Source: the human T2T-CHM13v2.0 reference genome, Homo sapiens
DNA length: 64,000 bases
NCBI RefSeq assembly: GCF_009914755.1
Contig: NC_060939.1
Direction: 5' to 3' (one strand)
The notes under the pieces: generated by a model
Databases searched by the model: none
What the model was told of the DNA's origin: nothing
What the model saw: the letters and a program-made list of their open reading frames with translations, nothing else
Part shown: in pieces, positions 1 through 16,379 of the stretch
How positions within the stretch are numbered: the first letter of the stretch is position 1
Layout: every line of letters begins with the position of its first letter
Position numbers and translations under genes: made by a program

Positions 1-105
1 TCTTCCCAGAAGCCAGTACTGACCCTGGTACAGTTAAATTATGTGGACCAATAGGTCTTCTTTTTGCTTAAGCCAGCTTGATTGGGAGTTCTGCCACCTA
101 GGACA
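1..105 (+). mobile_element. MLT1-type (ERVL-MaLR) LTR, 3' end fragment
   Basis: ccaatag...tttttgcttaagccagcttgattgggagttctgccac resembles the MLT1I/J/K LTR 3' terminus; cut by the window edge. Confidence 0.55.
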
Positions 106-133
106 TCTCCTTGATGTTAAGGGCAATAAGGGA

Positions 134-212
134 ATGTGTGGATGTGAGATGTGTGTGTGAGAGGGAGTGAGTGTATGTGTGACAGTGAATGTGGATGTGA
201 GGTCGTATGTGC
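134..212. repeat. degenerate (TG)n low-complexity tract
   Basis: atgtgtggatgtgagatgtgtgtgtgagagggagtgagtgtatgtgtg... Confidence 0.6.
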
Positions 213-1434
213 ACCAGAAAGATCATCTAAATAAAGAAAACACTATCACACCATCCAGATAAAAAGGCATTGAAACTATTGTCTATTTAAGGTGTTTTAA
301 TATATGATAATGAAGTCTTCCATCAAGTTGCCATAATTTTGTGACCAAGTTAATAAAGTGTCGGTGTTATCATCATGTGGATAATATATATGTATGGTGC
401 AGAGTGCGGAAGCAAGGAGAGAGAAAAAGAAAGATTGGGGTATAGGTGAGGACGATATACAATGAAGCTTTTTTGCCACAAATTTTATTCTCTCAGAAGA
501 CTTTTTATTTCAAACAGATATTACAATATAAAAGCCTGTTGTGATGGGCTAAAGCATTTGAAATAAACACTGCACAACATTCAAATGTGCTGTTAGAGGT
601 TTCCACTAGAGAGGAACAGAGGGGGTGTTAAAAAAAACCTTACCTGAGGAATTGCAGCCCCGAGCATGGGCATACAAAATGACGATTTGTGTTTAAGTGG
701 TGCTGAAAAGCCAAATGTACAGGAACAGATTAGTACTTTATCAATTGCAAAGTTAGACACAAACACACAGTGAAAGGACTACATGAAAACCAGGATGAGA
801 ATTCAGAGGACTTGGGTTGCCATCCAAACTTGGGTTTTTGGATGCCTTTAGCTTAAATTGGCGATGTTGCCTCATATCCTTTACAATTACAGAATGGAAT
901 TAGAAAAGAATCATGGGATCTTTATTAATACATTTAGGCTGCTTTATGATTTCATCAGTGTTTTAAATTTTCCTTTATAATTAATGTGTGTTTTCAATGA
1001 GGAAAAGTGTTTACTTATTTATTTTACTAATCTACCTCCTACTGCACACAGTACCCCATGTACTTTCTATATATTTTCAAGTAAAATAGCATGCCATGTC
1101 TTACTGGAACAGCATGAGTAAAAGCACATGAATATAAAGAAATAAAATTCATTTTACTGGGTAAAAATAATCATTCAGAACCTTACTATATGCAAAGCAC
1201 TGGACTAGGAATAAAACATGAGACATGGAGTATAACCATTCCATCAAAAAGACTTACGCGACACCTATTGTATTCTAGCCTTTCTGTTGCACGCTATATA
1301 CATGATTTAATCTTTATAACAAACCAATGAGGATGGTACATTACTCATTACAGACAGATAAGAAAAATCGAAGCATTATTTTTCAGACTATAAAACCCAT
1401 GTGTTTTCAATTATGTTAAATTTTGATGAGCACC

Positions 1435-2374
1435 TAAGATGTGCTAAGTACATTATACATGCTCTCTCAATTATGTGAAATTCACTGAGGATTCCAATTT
1501 TACTGATGAAGGAAGTAAGACTCAAATAGAATAAATAACTCTGCAGTCACAGAACAGCAATTTATTTACTTATTTACTTTTTACATATGATTATTTATTT
1601 ATCCATTTATTATGAATCTTTACCTTGCTTTTAAGGCTGAAAACTAAGTTCATCTGTTGGCATTCCTTTTTAAGGTATTTGACAAATTTTGGAAGTGTTT
1701 TGACACCTCCAAAGAGCAACAGACTATATCATGTAGCTTAGGTAATTGAAGATAATATTAATAGAGAAGGATATGCTATCTAAAAACATATCTAGTATGA
1801 AATAAAACAAAATTTCTGAGTTTTGAAGTTTTCTAAGTATAATAATTACAAATAACTATCATAGTAATATTAATATCATCAATTTGATCTTAAGTGCCTT
1901 TTAAAAAATAAATCCAACTTTTATTTTAGATGCAGGGGATACATGTGCATGTTTGTTACCTGGGTATACTGTGTGATACGGAAGTCTGAGGTATTGGGCG
2001 CATCACCCAGCTGCTGAGCATCATACACAATAGTTTTTCAACCCTCTAGCGGTCCCCAGCATCTACTATTGCAACTTTATGTCCCTGAGTAACCATTTTT
2101 AGCTCCCACTTATAAGTGAGAAAATGTGGTATTTGACTTTCTGTTCCTGCCTTAATTTGTTTAGGATAATGGCCCCAAGCTGCATCCCCATTGCTGCCAA
2201 GGGTGACATTTTGTTTCTTTTTATGGCTGCATAGTATTCCATGGTGTATATGTACCACATTTTCTTTATTCAATCCATTGTTGATGGGCACCTAGGTTGT
2301 TTCTTTCTACAGTGAAGGGTGCAGAACAGCAATTTAAATCCAAGTCTGTCTGGCTTCAAATTGTGTGCTTTTTT
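1435..2374 (-). mobile_element. MIR SINE split by later insertions (pieces ~1435-1564 and ~2306-2374)
   Basis: MIR core ccaattttactgatgaaggaagtaagactcaaatagaataaataact...gtcacag resumes after the insert as aatttaaatccaagtctgtctggcttcaaa. Confidence 0.65.
1899..2299 (-). mobile_element. 5'-truncated old primate L1 (L1PA15/16-like) 3' end
   Basis: caacttttattttagatgcaggggatacatgtgcatgtttgttacctgggtatactg...gctcccacttataagtgag...gatgggcacctaggttg; ORF 2046..2291 is an off-frame read of the ORF2 end/3'UTR. Confidence 0.85.
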
Positions 2375-2587
2375 ATTATTATTATTATACTTCAAGTTTT
2401 AGGGTGCATGTGCACAACATGCAGGTTTGTTACATATGTATACATGTGCCATGTTGGTGTGCTGCACCCATTAACTCGTCATTTACATTAGGCATATCTC
2501 CTAATGCTATCCCTCCCCCCTCCCCCCACGCCACAACAGGCCTGGGTGTGTGATGTTGCCCTTCCTGTGTCCATGTGTTCTCATTGT

Positions 2588-6395
<3,808 letters not shown>

Positions 6396-6455
6396 TATGT
6401 TAGCTGGTTATTGTGCTCGTTAGTTGATGCAGTTTCTTCCTGGCCTCCATGGTCT

Positions 6456-7471
6456 TTACAATTTGGCATGTTATTGCACTGGCTGGTACCAGTTTTTCCT
6501 TTCCATGTTTAGTGCTTCCTTCAGGAGCTCTTGTAAGGCAGGCCTGGTGGTGACAAAATCTCTCAGCATTTGCTTGTCTGTAAAGTATTTTATTTCTCCT
6601 TCACTGATGAAGCTTAGTTAGGCTGGATATGAAATTCTGGGTTGAAAATTATTTTCTTTAAGAATGTTGAATATTGGCCCCCACTCTCTTCTGGCTTGTA
6701 GAGTTTCTGCCAAGAGAACAGCTGTTAGTCTGATGGGCTTCCCTTTGTGGGTAACCTGAGCTTTCTCTCTGGATGCCCTTAACATTTTTTCCTTCATTTC
6801 AACTTTGGTGAATCTGACAATTATGTGTCTTGGAGTTGTTCTTCTCGAGGAGTATCTTTGTGGCATTCTCTGTATTTCCTAAATTTGAATGTTGGCCTGC
6901 CTTGCTAGATTGGGGAAGTTCTCCTGGATAATATCCTGCAGAGTGTTTTCCAACTTGGTTCCATTCTCCCCGTCACTTTCAGGTACACCAATCAGACATA
7001 GATTTGGTCTTTTCACCTAGACCCATGTTTCTTGGAGGCTTTGTTTGTTTCTTTTTATTCTTTTTTCTCTAAACTTCTCTTCTTGCTTCATTTCATTCAT
7101 TTGATCTTCCATCACTGATACACTTTCTTCCAGTTCATCGAATTGGCTACTGAAGCTTGTGCATTCGTCCCGTATTTCTCGTGCCTTGGTTTTCAGCTCC
7201 ATCAGGTCCTTTAAGGACTTCTCTGCATTGGTTATTCTAGTTAGCCATTCATCTAATTTTTTTCAAGGTTTTTAACTTCTTTGCCATGGGTTCTAATTTC
7301 CTCCTTTAGATCAGAGTAGTTTGATTGTCTGAAGCCTCCTTCTCTCAACTCGTCAACATCATTCTCCTTCCAGCTTTGTTCTGTTGCTGGTGAGGAGCTG
7401 CATTCCTTTGGAGGAGGAGAGGTGCTCTGATTTTTAGAATTTTCAGTTTTTCTGTTCTGTTTTTTCCCCAT
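6456..7471 (-). pseudogene. L1 ORF1p remnant, disrupted
   Basis: MGKKQNRKTENSKNQS... and TPRHIIVRF fragments broken by a frameshift and stops. Confidence 0.93.
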
Positions 7472-9590
7472 CTTTGTGGTTTTATCTACCTTTGGTCTTT
7501 CATGATGGTGACGTACATATGGGGTTTCAGTGTGGATGTCCTTTCTGTTTGTTCGTTTTCCTTCTAACAGTCGGGACCCTTAGCTGTAGGTCTGTTGGAG
7601 TTTGCCAGAGGTCCACTCCAGACCCTGCTTGCCTGGGTATGAGCAGCGGAGGCTGCAGAACAGTGAATATTGGTGAACAGCAAATGATGCTGCCTGATTG
7701 TTCCTCTGGAAGTTTTGTCTCAGAAGGGTACCCAGCTGTGTGAGGTGTCAGTCTGCCCCTACTGTTGGGTGTCTCCCAGTTAGGCTACTCAGGGGTCAGG
7801 GACCCACTTGAGGAGGCAGTCTGTCTGTTCTCAGATCTCAAACTCCATGCTGGGAGAACCACTACTCTCTTCAAACTGTCAGACAGACATTTAAGTCTGC
7901 AGAGGTTAGTGCTGCCTTTTGTTTGGCTATGCCCTGCCCCCAGAGGTGGAGTCTACAGAGGCAGGCAGGCCTCCTTGAGCTGAGGTGGGCTCCACCCAGT
8001 TCGAGCTTCCTGGCCGCTTTGTTTACCTACTCAAGCCTCAGCAATGGCAGGCACCCCTCCCCCAGCCTCACTGCCACCTTGCAGTTTGATCTCAGACTGC
8101 TGTGCTAGCAATGAGTGAGGCTCCGTGGGCGTAGGACCCTCTGAGCCAGGCACGGGATATAATCTCCTGGTATGCCGTTTGCTAAGACAGTTGGAAAAGA
8201 ACAGTATTAGGGTGGGAGTGACCTGATTTTCCAGGTGCCATCTGTCACCCCTTTCCTTGGCTAGGAAAGGGAATTCCCTGACCCCTTGCGCTTCCTGGGT
8301 GAGGCGATGCCTCACCCTGCTTCGGCTCACACTTGGTGAGCTGCACTGTCCTGCACCACTTTCCAACAATCCCCAGTGAGATGAACCCAGTACCTCAGTT
8401 GGAGATGCAGAAATCAATCGTCTTCTGCATCGCTCATGCTGGGAGCTGTAGACTGGAGCTGTTCCTTTTCGGCCATCTTGGAACCCTTTTTTAAATTTAA
8501 AATCACTGGTTGATCATTTAGAATTTGGAAGAGGGAATCAGGGTAGAAAGAGGGGAAAAGGAAGAAAAAGGAGATACAGCATGTATTAAAAATGAGAAGT
8601 TATATATTTACATTTATATTGCACACTTCCAAATAGCATCCCTGGGCATCTAAAATTACCTGTGGCTCTTATTTTGAGAACCAACTTAATGACCATTCCA
8701 GGAGGTACATAAGAGCACAAGTCCCCAGTCAATGAAATTAAAAGCAAGTAGAAAGGGAGAAAATGATGCAAAATATTTGCAAATAATAAAAGTAAGATTA
8801 TGGGTGTTCTTTCGTCTTTCTTTATCTGTGTATTTTCTAACTATTAACTTGAAATTGGTGAGCATGTATGGATTTTAAAATAAAAAGAAAAATGTTACTT
8901 GAAAGAATGGTGGCAGTGGATGCATATCAATCTTATTTTGATGTTGAGCAAGTATAACAATGTCTGGCTTGAGAACCCTTATTCACTAGACTTGTATTTG
9001 GGTGACAAAAAATATAAATAACCCTAATCTTCAATAAAAGCAGAGAGTAATTCTTTCCACCAGTGTATGGCCTAGGGAATATGATGGTAAGCCCCCAAAA
9101 TAGAGTTCTTCAGGTGACTTGAGCAACAAAAGCATCATTTTTAGAAGTGAATGTCTTCCCAAGGGGATTATATTGAAGGGTCTAAGATTATCTTGGCGCT
9201 CTCAAGTTTGTTAAACATCTGTCACAGTACATTACAGCTTCACCCAGTTGTCTACAGAACCAAAAGAAGAAGAAAGAGTTTAAAAGCAAGTGGAAAACAA
9301 TGACAGACTTGAACTTTGAAATACCTTCTCATATTGGTTGCTAAAGCACCATATGCACCTGATTTCTTTTCATTATTATTATTATTATTATACTTTCAGT
9401 TCTAGGGTACATGTGCACAATGTGTAGGTTTGATACATAGGTATACATGCGCTAAGTTGGTTTGCCACACCCGTCAACTCATCATTTACATTAGGTATTT
9501 CTCCTAATGCTATCCCTCCCCCAGTCCCCCACCCCACAACAGGCCCTGGTGTGTGATGTTCCCTGCCCTGTGTCCAAGTGATCTGATTGT

Positions 9591-12500
9591 TCAATTCCCA
9601 CCTATGAGTGAGAACATGCAGTGTTTGGTTTTCTGTCCTTGTGACAGTTTGCTGAGAATGATAGTTTCCAGATTCATCCATGTCCCTGCAAAGGAAATGA
9701 ACTAATCCTTTTTTATGGTTGCAAAGTATTCCATGTTGTATATGAGCCACATTTTCTTAATCCAGTCTATCATTGATGGACATTTGGGTTGGTTCCAAGT
9801 CTTTGCTATTGTGAATAGTGCCGCAATAAATATACATGTGCATGTGTCTTTATGGTAGCATGACTTATAATCCTTTGGGTATATACCCAGTAATGGGATT
9901 GCTGGGTCAAATGGTAATTCTAGATCCTTGAGGAATCACCACACTGTCTTCCACAATGGTTGAACTAATTTACATTCCCACCGACAGTGTAAAAGTGTTC
10001 CTATTTCTCCATATCCTCTCCAGCATCTGTTGTTTCCTGACTTTTTAATAATTGCCATTCTAACTGGCATGAGATGGTATCCCATTGTGGTTTTGATTTG
10101 CATTTCTCTGATGACCAGTGATGATGAGCATTTTTTCATGTGTCTGTTGGCTGCATAGATGTCTTCTTTTGAGAAGTGTCTGTTCATATCCTTTGCCCAC
10201 TTTTTGATGGGGTTGTTTTTTTCTTTTAAATTTGTTTGAGTTCTTTGTAGATTCTGGATATTAGCCCTTTGCCAGATGGGTAGATTGCAAAATTTTTCTC
10301 GCATTCTGTATGTTGCCTGTTCACTCTGATGGTAGTTTATTTTGCCATGCAGAAGCTCTTTAGTTTAATTGGATCCCATTTGTCTATTTTGGCTTCTGTT
10401 GCCGTTGCTTTTGGTGTTTTAGACATGAAGTCCTTGCCCATGCCTATGTCCTGAATGGTATTGCCTAGGTTTTCTTCTAAGGTTTTTATGGTTTTAGGTC
10501 TAACATTTATGTCTTTAATTCATCTTAAATTAATTTTTGTAAAAGATGTAAGGAAGCGATCCAGTTTCAGCTTTCTACATATGGCTAGCCCGTTTTCCCA
10601 GCACCATTTATTAAATAGGGAATCCTTTCCCTATTTCTTGTTTTTGTCAGGTTTGTCAAAGATCAGATGGTTGTAGATATGTGGTGTTATTTCTGAGGCC
10701 TCTCTTCTGTTCTATGGGTCTACATCTCTGTTTTGGTACCATTACCATGATGTTTTGGTTACTGTAGCCTTGTAGTATAGTTTGAAGTCACGTAGCATGA
10801 TGCCTCCAGCTTTGTTCTTTTTGCTTAGGATTGTCTTGGCAATGTGAGCTTTTTTTTTTTTTGTTCCATATGAACTTTAAAGTAGTTTTTTTTTCAATTC
10901 TGTGAAGAAAGTCATTGGTAGCTTAATGGGGATGGCAATAAATCTATAAATTACTTTGGGCAGCATGGCCATTTTCATGATATTGATTCTTTCTATCCAT
11001 GAACATGGAATATTCTTCCATTTGTTTGTGTCCTCTTTTATTTCGTTGAGCAGTGGTTTGTATTTCTCCTTGAAGAGGTCCTTCACATCCTTGTAAGTTG
11101 GATTCCTAGGCATTTTATTCTCTTTGTAGCAATTGTGAATGGGATTTCACTCATGATTTAGCTCTCTGTCTGTTAATGCTGTATAGAAATGCTTGTGATT
11201 TTTGCACATTGGTTTTGTATCCTGAGACTTTGCTGAAGTTACTTATCAGGTTAAGGAGATTTTGGGTTGAGATGATCAGGTTTTCTAAAGTTACAATGAT
11301 GTCATCTGCAAACAGGGACAATTTGACTTCCTCATTTCCTAATTGAATACACTTTATTTCTTTCTCTTGCCTGATTGCCCTGGCCAGAACTTCCAACACT
11401 ATGTTGAATAGGAGTTGTGAGAGAAGGCATCCTTGTCTTGTGCCAGTTTTCAAAGGGAATGCTTCCAGTTTTTGCTCATTCAGTATGATATTGGCTGTGG
11501 GTTTGTCATAAATAGCTCTTATTATTTTGAGATATGTTCCAACAATACCTAGTTTATTGAGAGTTTTTAACATGAAGTGCTGTTGTATATTGTCAAAGGC
11601 CTTTTCTGCATCTATGGAGATAATCATGTGGTTTTTGTCTTTGGTTCTGTTTATGTGATGGATTATGTTTATTGATTTGTGTATGTTGAACCAGCCTTGC
11701 ATCCCAGGGATGAAGCCAACTTGATCGTGATGGGTAAGCTTTTTGATGTGCTGCTGGATTTAGTTTTCCAGTATTTTATTGAGGATTTTTGCATCAATGT
11801 TTATCACGGATATTGGTCTAAAATTCTCTTTTGTTTGTTGTGTCTCTGCCAGGCTTTGGTATCAGGATGATGTTGGCCTCATAAAATGATTTAGGGAGGT
11901 TTCCCTCTCTTTCTATTAATTGGAATAATTTCAGAAGGAATGGTCCCAGCTCCTCTTTGTACCTCCAGTAGAATTCGGCTGTGAATCTGACTGGTCCTGG
12001 ACTTTTTTTGGTTGATAGGCTATTAATTATTGCCTAAATTTCAGAGCCTGTTATTGGTCTATTCAGAGATTCAACTTCTTCCTGGTTTAGTCTTGGGAGG
12101 GTGTATTTGTTGAGGAATTTATCCATTTCTTCTAGTTTTTCTAGTTTATTTGCATAGAGGTGTTCATAGTATTCTCTGATGGTCGTTTGTATTTCTGTGG
12201 GATTGGTGGTGATATCCCCTTTATCATTTTTTTTTTTTTTTGCGTCTATTTGATTCTTCTCTCTTTTCTTCTTTATTGGTCTTGCTAGCTGTCCATCAAT
12301 TTTTTTGATCTTTTCAGAAAACCGCCTCCTAGATTCCTTGATTTTTGAAGGGTTTTCTGTGTCTCTATCTCTTTGAGTTCTGCTCTGATCTTAGTTATTT
12401 CTTGTCTTTTGCTAGCTTTTGAATTTGTTTGCTCTTGCTTCTTTACTTCTTTTAATTGTGAGGTTAGGGTGTGGATTTTAGATCTTGCTCTCTCTTGTGG

Positions 12501-13421
12501 ACATTTAGTGCTATAAATTTCCCTCTACACACTGCTTTAAATGTGTCCTAGAGATTCTGGTATGTTGTGTCTTCTCATTGGTTTCAAAGAACATCTTTAT
12601 TTCTGCCTTCATTTCGTTATTTACCTAGTAGTCATTCAGGAGCAAGTTGTTCAGTTTCCTTGTAGTTGTGCAGTTTTGAGTGAGTTTCTTAATCCTGAGT
12701 TCTAATTTGATTGCACTGTGGTCTGAGAGACAGTTTGTTGTGATTTCTATTCTTTTACATTTGCTGAGGAGTGCTTTACTTCCAATTATGTGGTCAATTT
12801 TAGAATAAGTGTGATGTGCTGAGAAGAATGTATATTCTCTTGACTTGGGGTGAAGAGTTCTGTACATGTCTATTAGGTCTGCTTGTTGCAGAGCCGAGTT
12901 CAGGTCCTGGATATCCTTGTTAACCTTCTGTCTCATTGATCTGTCTAATACTGACAGTGGGGTGTTAAAGTATCCCATTATTATTGAGTGGGAGTCTTAG
13001 TCCCTTTGTAGGTCTCTAAGGACTTGCTTTATGAATCTGGGTGCTCCTGTATTAGGTGCATGTATATTTAGGACAGTTAGCTCTTCTTGTTGAATTGATC
13101 TCTTTACCGTTATGTAATGGCCTTCTTTGTCTCATTTGATCTTTGTTTGTTTAATGTCTGTTTTATCAGAGACTAGGATTGCAATCCCTGCTTTTTTTTT
13201 TTTTTTTTTTTTTTTTGGCTTTCCATTTGCTTGTTAGATCTTCCTCCATCCCTTTATTTTGACCCTCTGTGCATCTTTGCATGTGAGATGGGTCTCCTGT
13301 ATACAGCACACTAAACGTTCTTAACTCTTTATCCAATTTGCCAGTCTGTGTCTTTTAATTGGGCATTTAGCCTATTTACATTTAAGGTTAATACTGTTAT
13401 GTGTGAATTTGATCCTGTCAT
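9591..13421 (-). pseudogene. L1 ORF2p remnant, disrupted
   Basis: Fragments with [26 protein letters not shown]; expanded T tracts at ~10850, ~12227 and ~13192. Confidence 0.93.
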
Positions 13422-13484
13422 TATGATGTAAGCTGGTTATTTTGCCCATTAATTGATGGAGTTTCTTCATAGCATTGATGATCT

Positions 13485-14433
13485 TTACAATTTGGCATGT
13501 TTTTGCAGTGGCTGATACCAGTTGTTTCTTTCCATGTTTAGTGCTTCCTTCAGGAGAAGCTCTTGTAAAGCTGGCCTGGTGGTGACAAAATCTCTCAGCG
13601 TTTGCTTGTCTGTAAAGGATTTTATTTCTCCTTCACTTATGAAGCTTAGTTTGGCTGGATATTAAATTCTAGGTTGAAAATTATTTTCTTTAAGGACGTT
13701 GAATATTGGCCCCCACTCTCTTCTGGCTTTTAGGGTTTCTGCCGAGAGATCAGCTGTTAGTCTGATGGGCTTCCCTTTGTAGGTAATTCAGCCTTTCTCT
13801 CTGGCTGCCGTTAACACTTTTTCCTTCATTTCAACCTTGGAGAATATGACAATTATGTGTCATGGGGTTGCTATTCTCAAGGAGTATCTTTGTGGCGTTC
13901 TCTGCATTTCCTGAATTTGAATGTTGGCCTGCCTTGCTAGGTTGGGGAAGTTCTCCTGGTTAATATCTTGAAGAGTCTTTTCCAACTTGGTTCCATTCTC
14001 CTCATCACTTTCAAGTACACCAATCAAACGTAGGTTTGGTCTTTTCACATAGTCTTATATTTCTTGGAGGCTTTGTTCATTTCTTTTTACTCTTTTTTCC
14101 TCTAAAATTATCGTCTCACTTTATTTCATTAATTTGATCTTGCCATGGTTTTCAGCTCCATCAGGTCATTTAAGGTCTACACTGTTTATTCTAGTTAGCC
14201 ATTCGTCTAATCTTTTTTCAAGGATGTTAGCTTCTTTGCGATGGGCTTGAACATCCTCCTTTAGCTTGGAGGAGTTGGTTATCACTGACCTTCTGAAGCC
14301 TACTTCTGTCATCTCATCAATGTCATTCTCCATCCAGTTTGTTCCATTGCTGGGGAGGAGCTGCGATCCTTTGGAGGAGAAGAGGTGCTCTGATTTTTAG
14401 AATTTCAGCTTTTCTTCACTGGTTTCTCCCCAT
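13485..14433 (-). pseudogene. L1 ORF1p remnant, disrupted
   Basis: KRPNLRLIGV...ENFPNLARQANIQIQE fragment; deletion in the coiled-coil region. Confidence 0.9.
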
Positions 14434-16284
14434 CTTTGTGGTTTGATCTTTGATCTTTGATGTTGGCGACCTACAGATGGGGTTTTGGTGTAGAGGACCT
14501 TTTTGTTGATGTTGATGCTATTCCTTTCTGTTTGTTAGTTTTCCTTCTAACAGTCAGGTCCCTCAGCTGCAGGTCTGTTGGAGTTTGCTGGACTTCCACT
14601 CCAGACCCTGTTTGCCTGGGTATCACCAGCAGAGGCTGCAGAACAGCAAATATTGCTTCCTGATCCTTTCTCTGGAAGCTTCGTCCTAGATGGGCAGCCG
14701 CTTATGAGGTGTCTGTCAACCCCTACTGGGAGGTGTCTGCCAGTTAGGCTACACGGGGGTCAGGGACCCACTTGAGGAGGCAGTCTGTCCATTCTCAGAG
14801 CTCAAACACAGTGCTGGGAGAACCACTGCTCTCTTCAGAGCTGTCAGACAGGGACGTTTAAGTCTGCAGTTGTCTGCTGCCTTTTGTTCAGCTATGCCCT
14901 GCCCTCAGAGGTAGAGTCCTTGCAGATCGATCTCAGACTGCTGTGTTAGCAGTGAGCAAGGCTCTGTGGGTGTGGGACCTGCTGAGCCAGGCATGGGAGA
15001 GAATTACCTTATCTGCTGGTTGCTAAGACCTTGGGAAAAGTGCAGTATTTGGGTGAGAGTGTCCTGTTTTTCTAGGTAGTCTGTTCCAGCTTCCCTTGGC
15101 TAGGAAAGGGAAATTCCCTGGCCCCTTGTGCTTCCCGGGTGAGGCAACACCCCAACCCTGCTTCATCTCGCCCTTCATGGGCTGCACCCACCGTCCAACC
15201 AGTCCCAATGAGATGAACCAGGTACCTCAGTTGGAAATGCAGAAATCACCCATCTTCTGCATTGATCATGCTGGGAGCTGCAGACCAGAGCTGTTCCTAT
15301 TCGGCCATCTTTCACCTGATTTCTAACCTACTTCACTGGCTACTCCCTCTGGGTCTCAGTTAATGATGCTCCCTCCTTTCCCAGCAAGTCTGGATACTTG
15401 AGCTTCCTGTGCTTAATCGCTCTTTAAGTGACATCATCTAACCATATGCCTTTATAGTCAATCTATATGCAGACCATTACCACATTTACATCTCAACCTA
15501 GATTGCCCTGAGGTTGAGGCCCTGACATCCAACTATCTACTGAATAGCTCCACATGGATAACTGTTACGCATTTGAAACTTATTATGTCCAAAACCAAAT
15601 CCCTGATCTTTCCTCCAACATAATCACTCTATAGTTTTCTTCATTTTATTTAAGGACAACTTTATATTTCTATTTACTGAGACTAAAAACATTGCAAAGT
15701 AATCCTTGATTCCTTTCTCTGTTTCTCACACCACATACCCAATCCCACCAACAAATCCTGTTGGTTCTACCTTCAAAACATAACCAGGAACCAGCATGTA
15801 CTAGTACCTTTACCACCATACCCCTGGTCAAACTGCCACCATCTCACAGCTTGATAATAATGATATCCTCCTAACTGGTTACTCTGGTAACAATGTTGCT
15901 CACCTAGAGTCAGTTCCTAACATAGCAGCCATGTAATCATTTCAAAATGTAACTTAAATTGTGTTCTAACTCTGTTCAAGACTCACCAATGCCTTTCCAT
16001 TTTACACAATGTGAAGCAAAAATCTTTACTAGCAGCTACCAGGTTGCTTAAAATCTCAACCTTCATTACTTCTATGACTTCCTTACCTATGACTCATCCT
16101 CAATCACTCTGGTCCAGCCACCTGGTCTTTTTGCTATACCTGAGCACTAAAGTCCCACTGCTACCTCAAGACCTTTGCACTTGCTGTTCTTTGAGCTGGA
16201 AATACTCTTTTCCATATAACTTATGCTAGAGTTCCCTTCCTCATTTGAGTGATGAATTTAATTTATATTTTACAAATGAAATGC

Positions 16285-16331
16285 TTACTTTTAATGGGAA
16301 GAAGCACAATTACTTTTGCACCAACCTAATA
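16285..16331. mobile_element. MADE1/Hsmar1 half element (one terminal inverted repeat)
   Basis: caattacttttgcaccaacctaata is the mariner TIR plus TA. Confidence 0.8.
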
Positions 16332-16379
16332 AAATGAAATAGACTCAGTAGCTAGCTAGTGATTTATTTTCTCGTGAAA

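Larger units (their letters stand above)
9368..15312 (-). mobile_element. Near full-length LINE-1, L1PA6(-7)-like, inactivated, with internal deletions
   Basis: Perfect 12-bp TSD cacctgatttct (9356-9367 / 15313-15324) at TTCT/AA; 5' end AAGATGGCCGAATAGGAACAGCTC lacks the first ~11 nt; ~74-nt ORF1 deletion at ~14140 and 124-nt 5'UTR deletion at 14918 relative to the first L1. Confidence 0.97.
9310..16240 (+). mobile_element. L2 LINE fragment interrupted by the L1PA6 (pieces ~9310-9367 and ~15313-16240)
   Basis: L2 RT/3' motifs (ctatatgcagac...tccaactatctactg...ttatgtccaaaaccaaatccctgatctttcc...ctcaagacctttgcacttgctgttc); sequence is continuous across the L1 TSD. Confidence 0.75.

Noticed and set aside
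14905-14935. The known 129-bp ZNF93-escape deletion
   Set aside because: This deletion lies in the ORF0/antisense-promoter part; the ZNF93 segment is still present at ~14583-14695.
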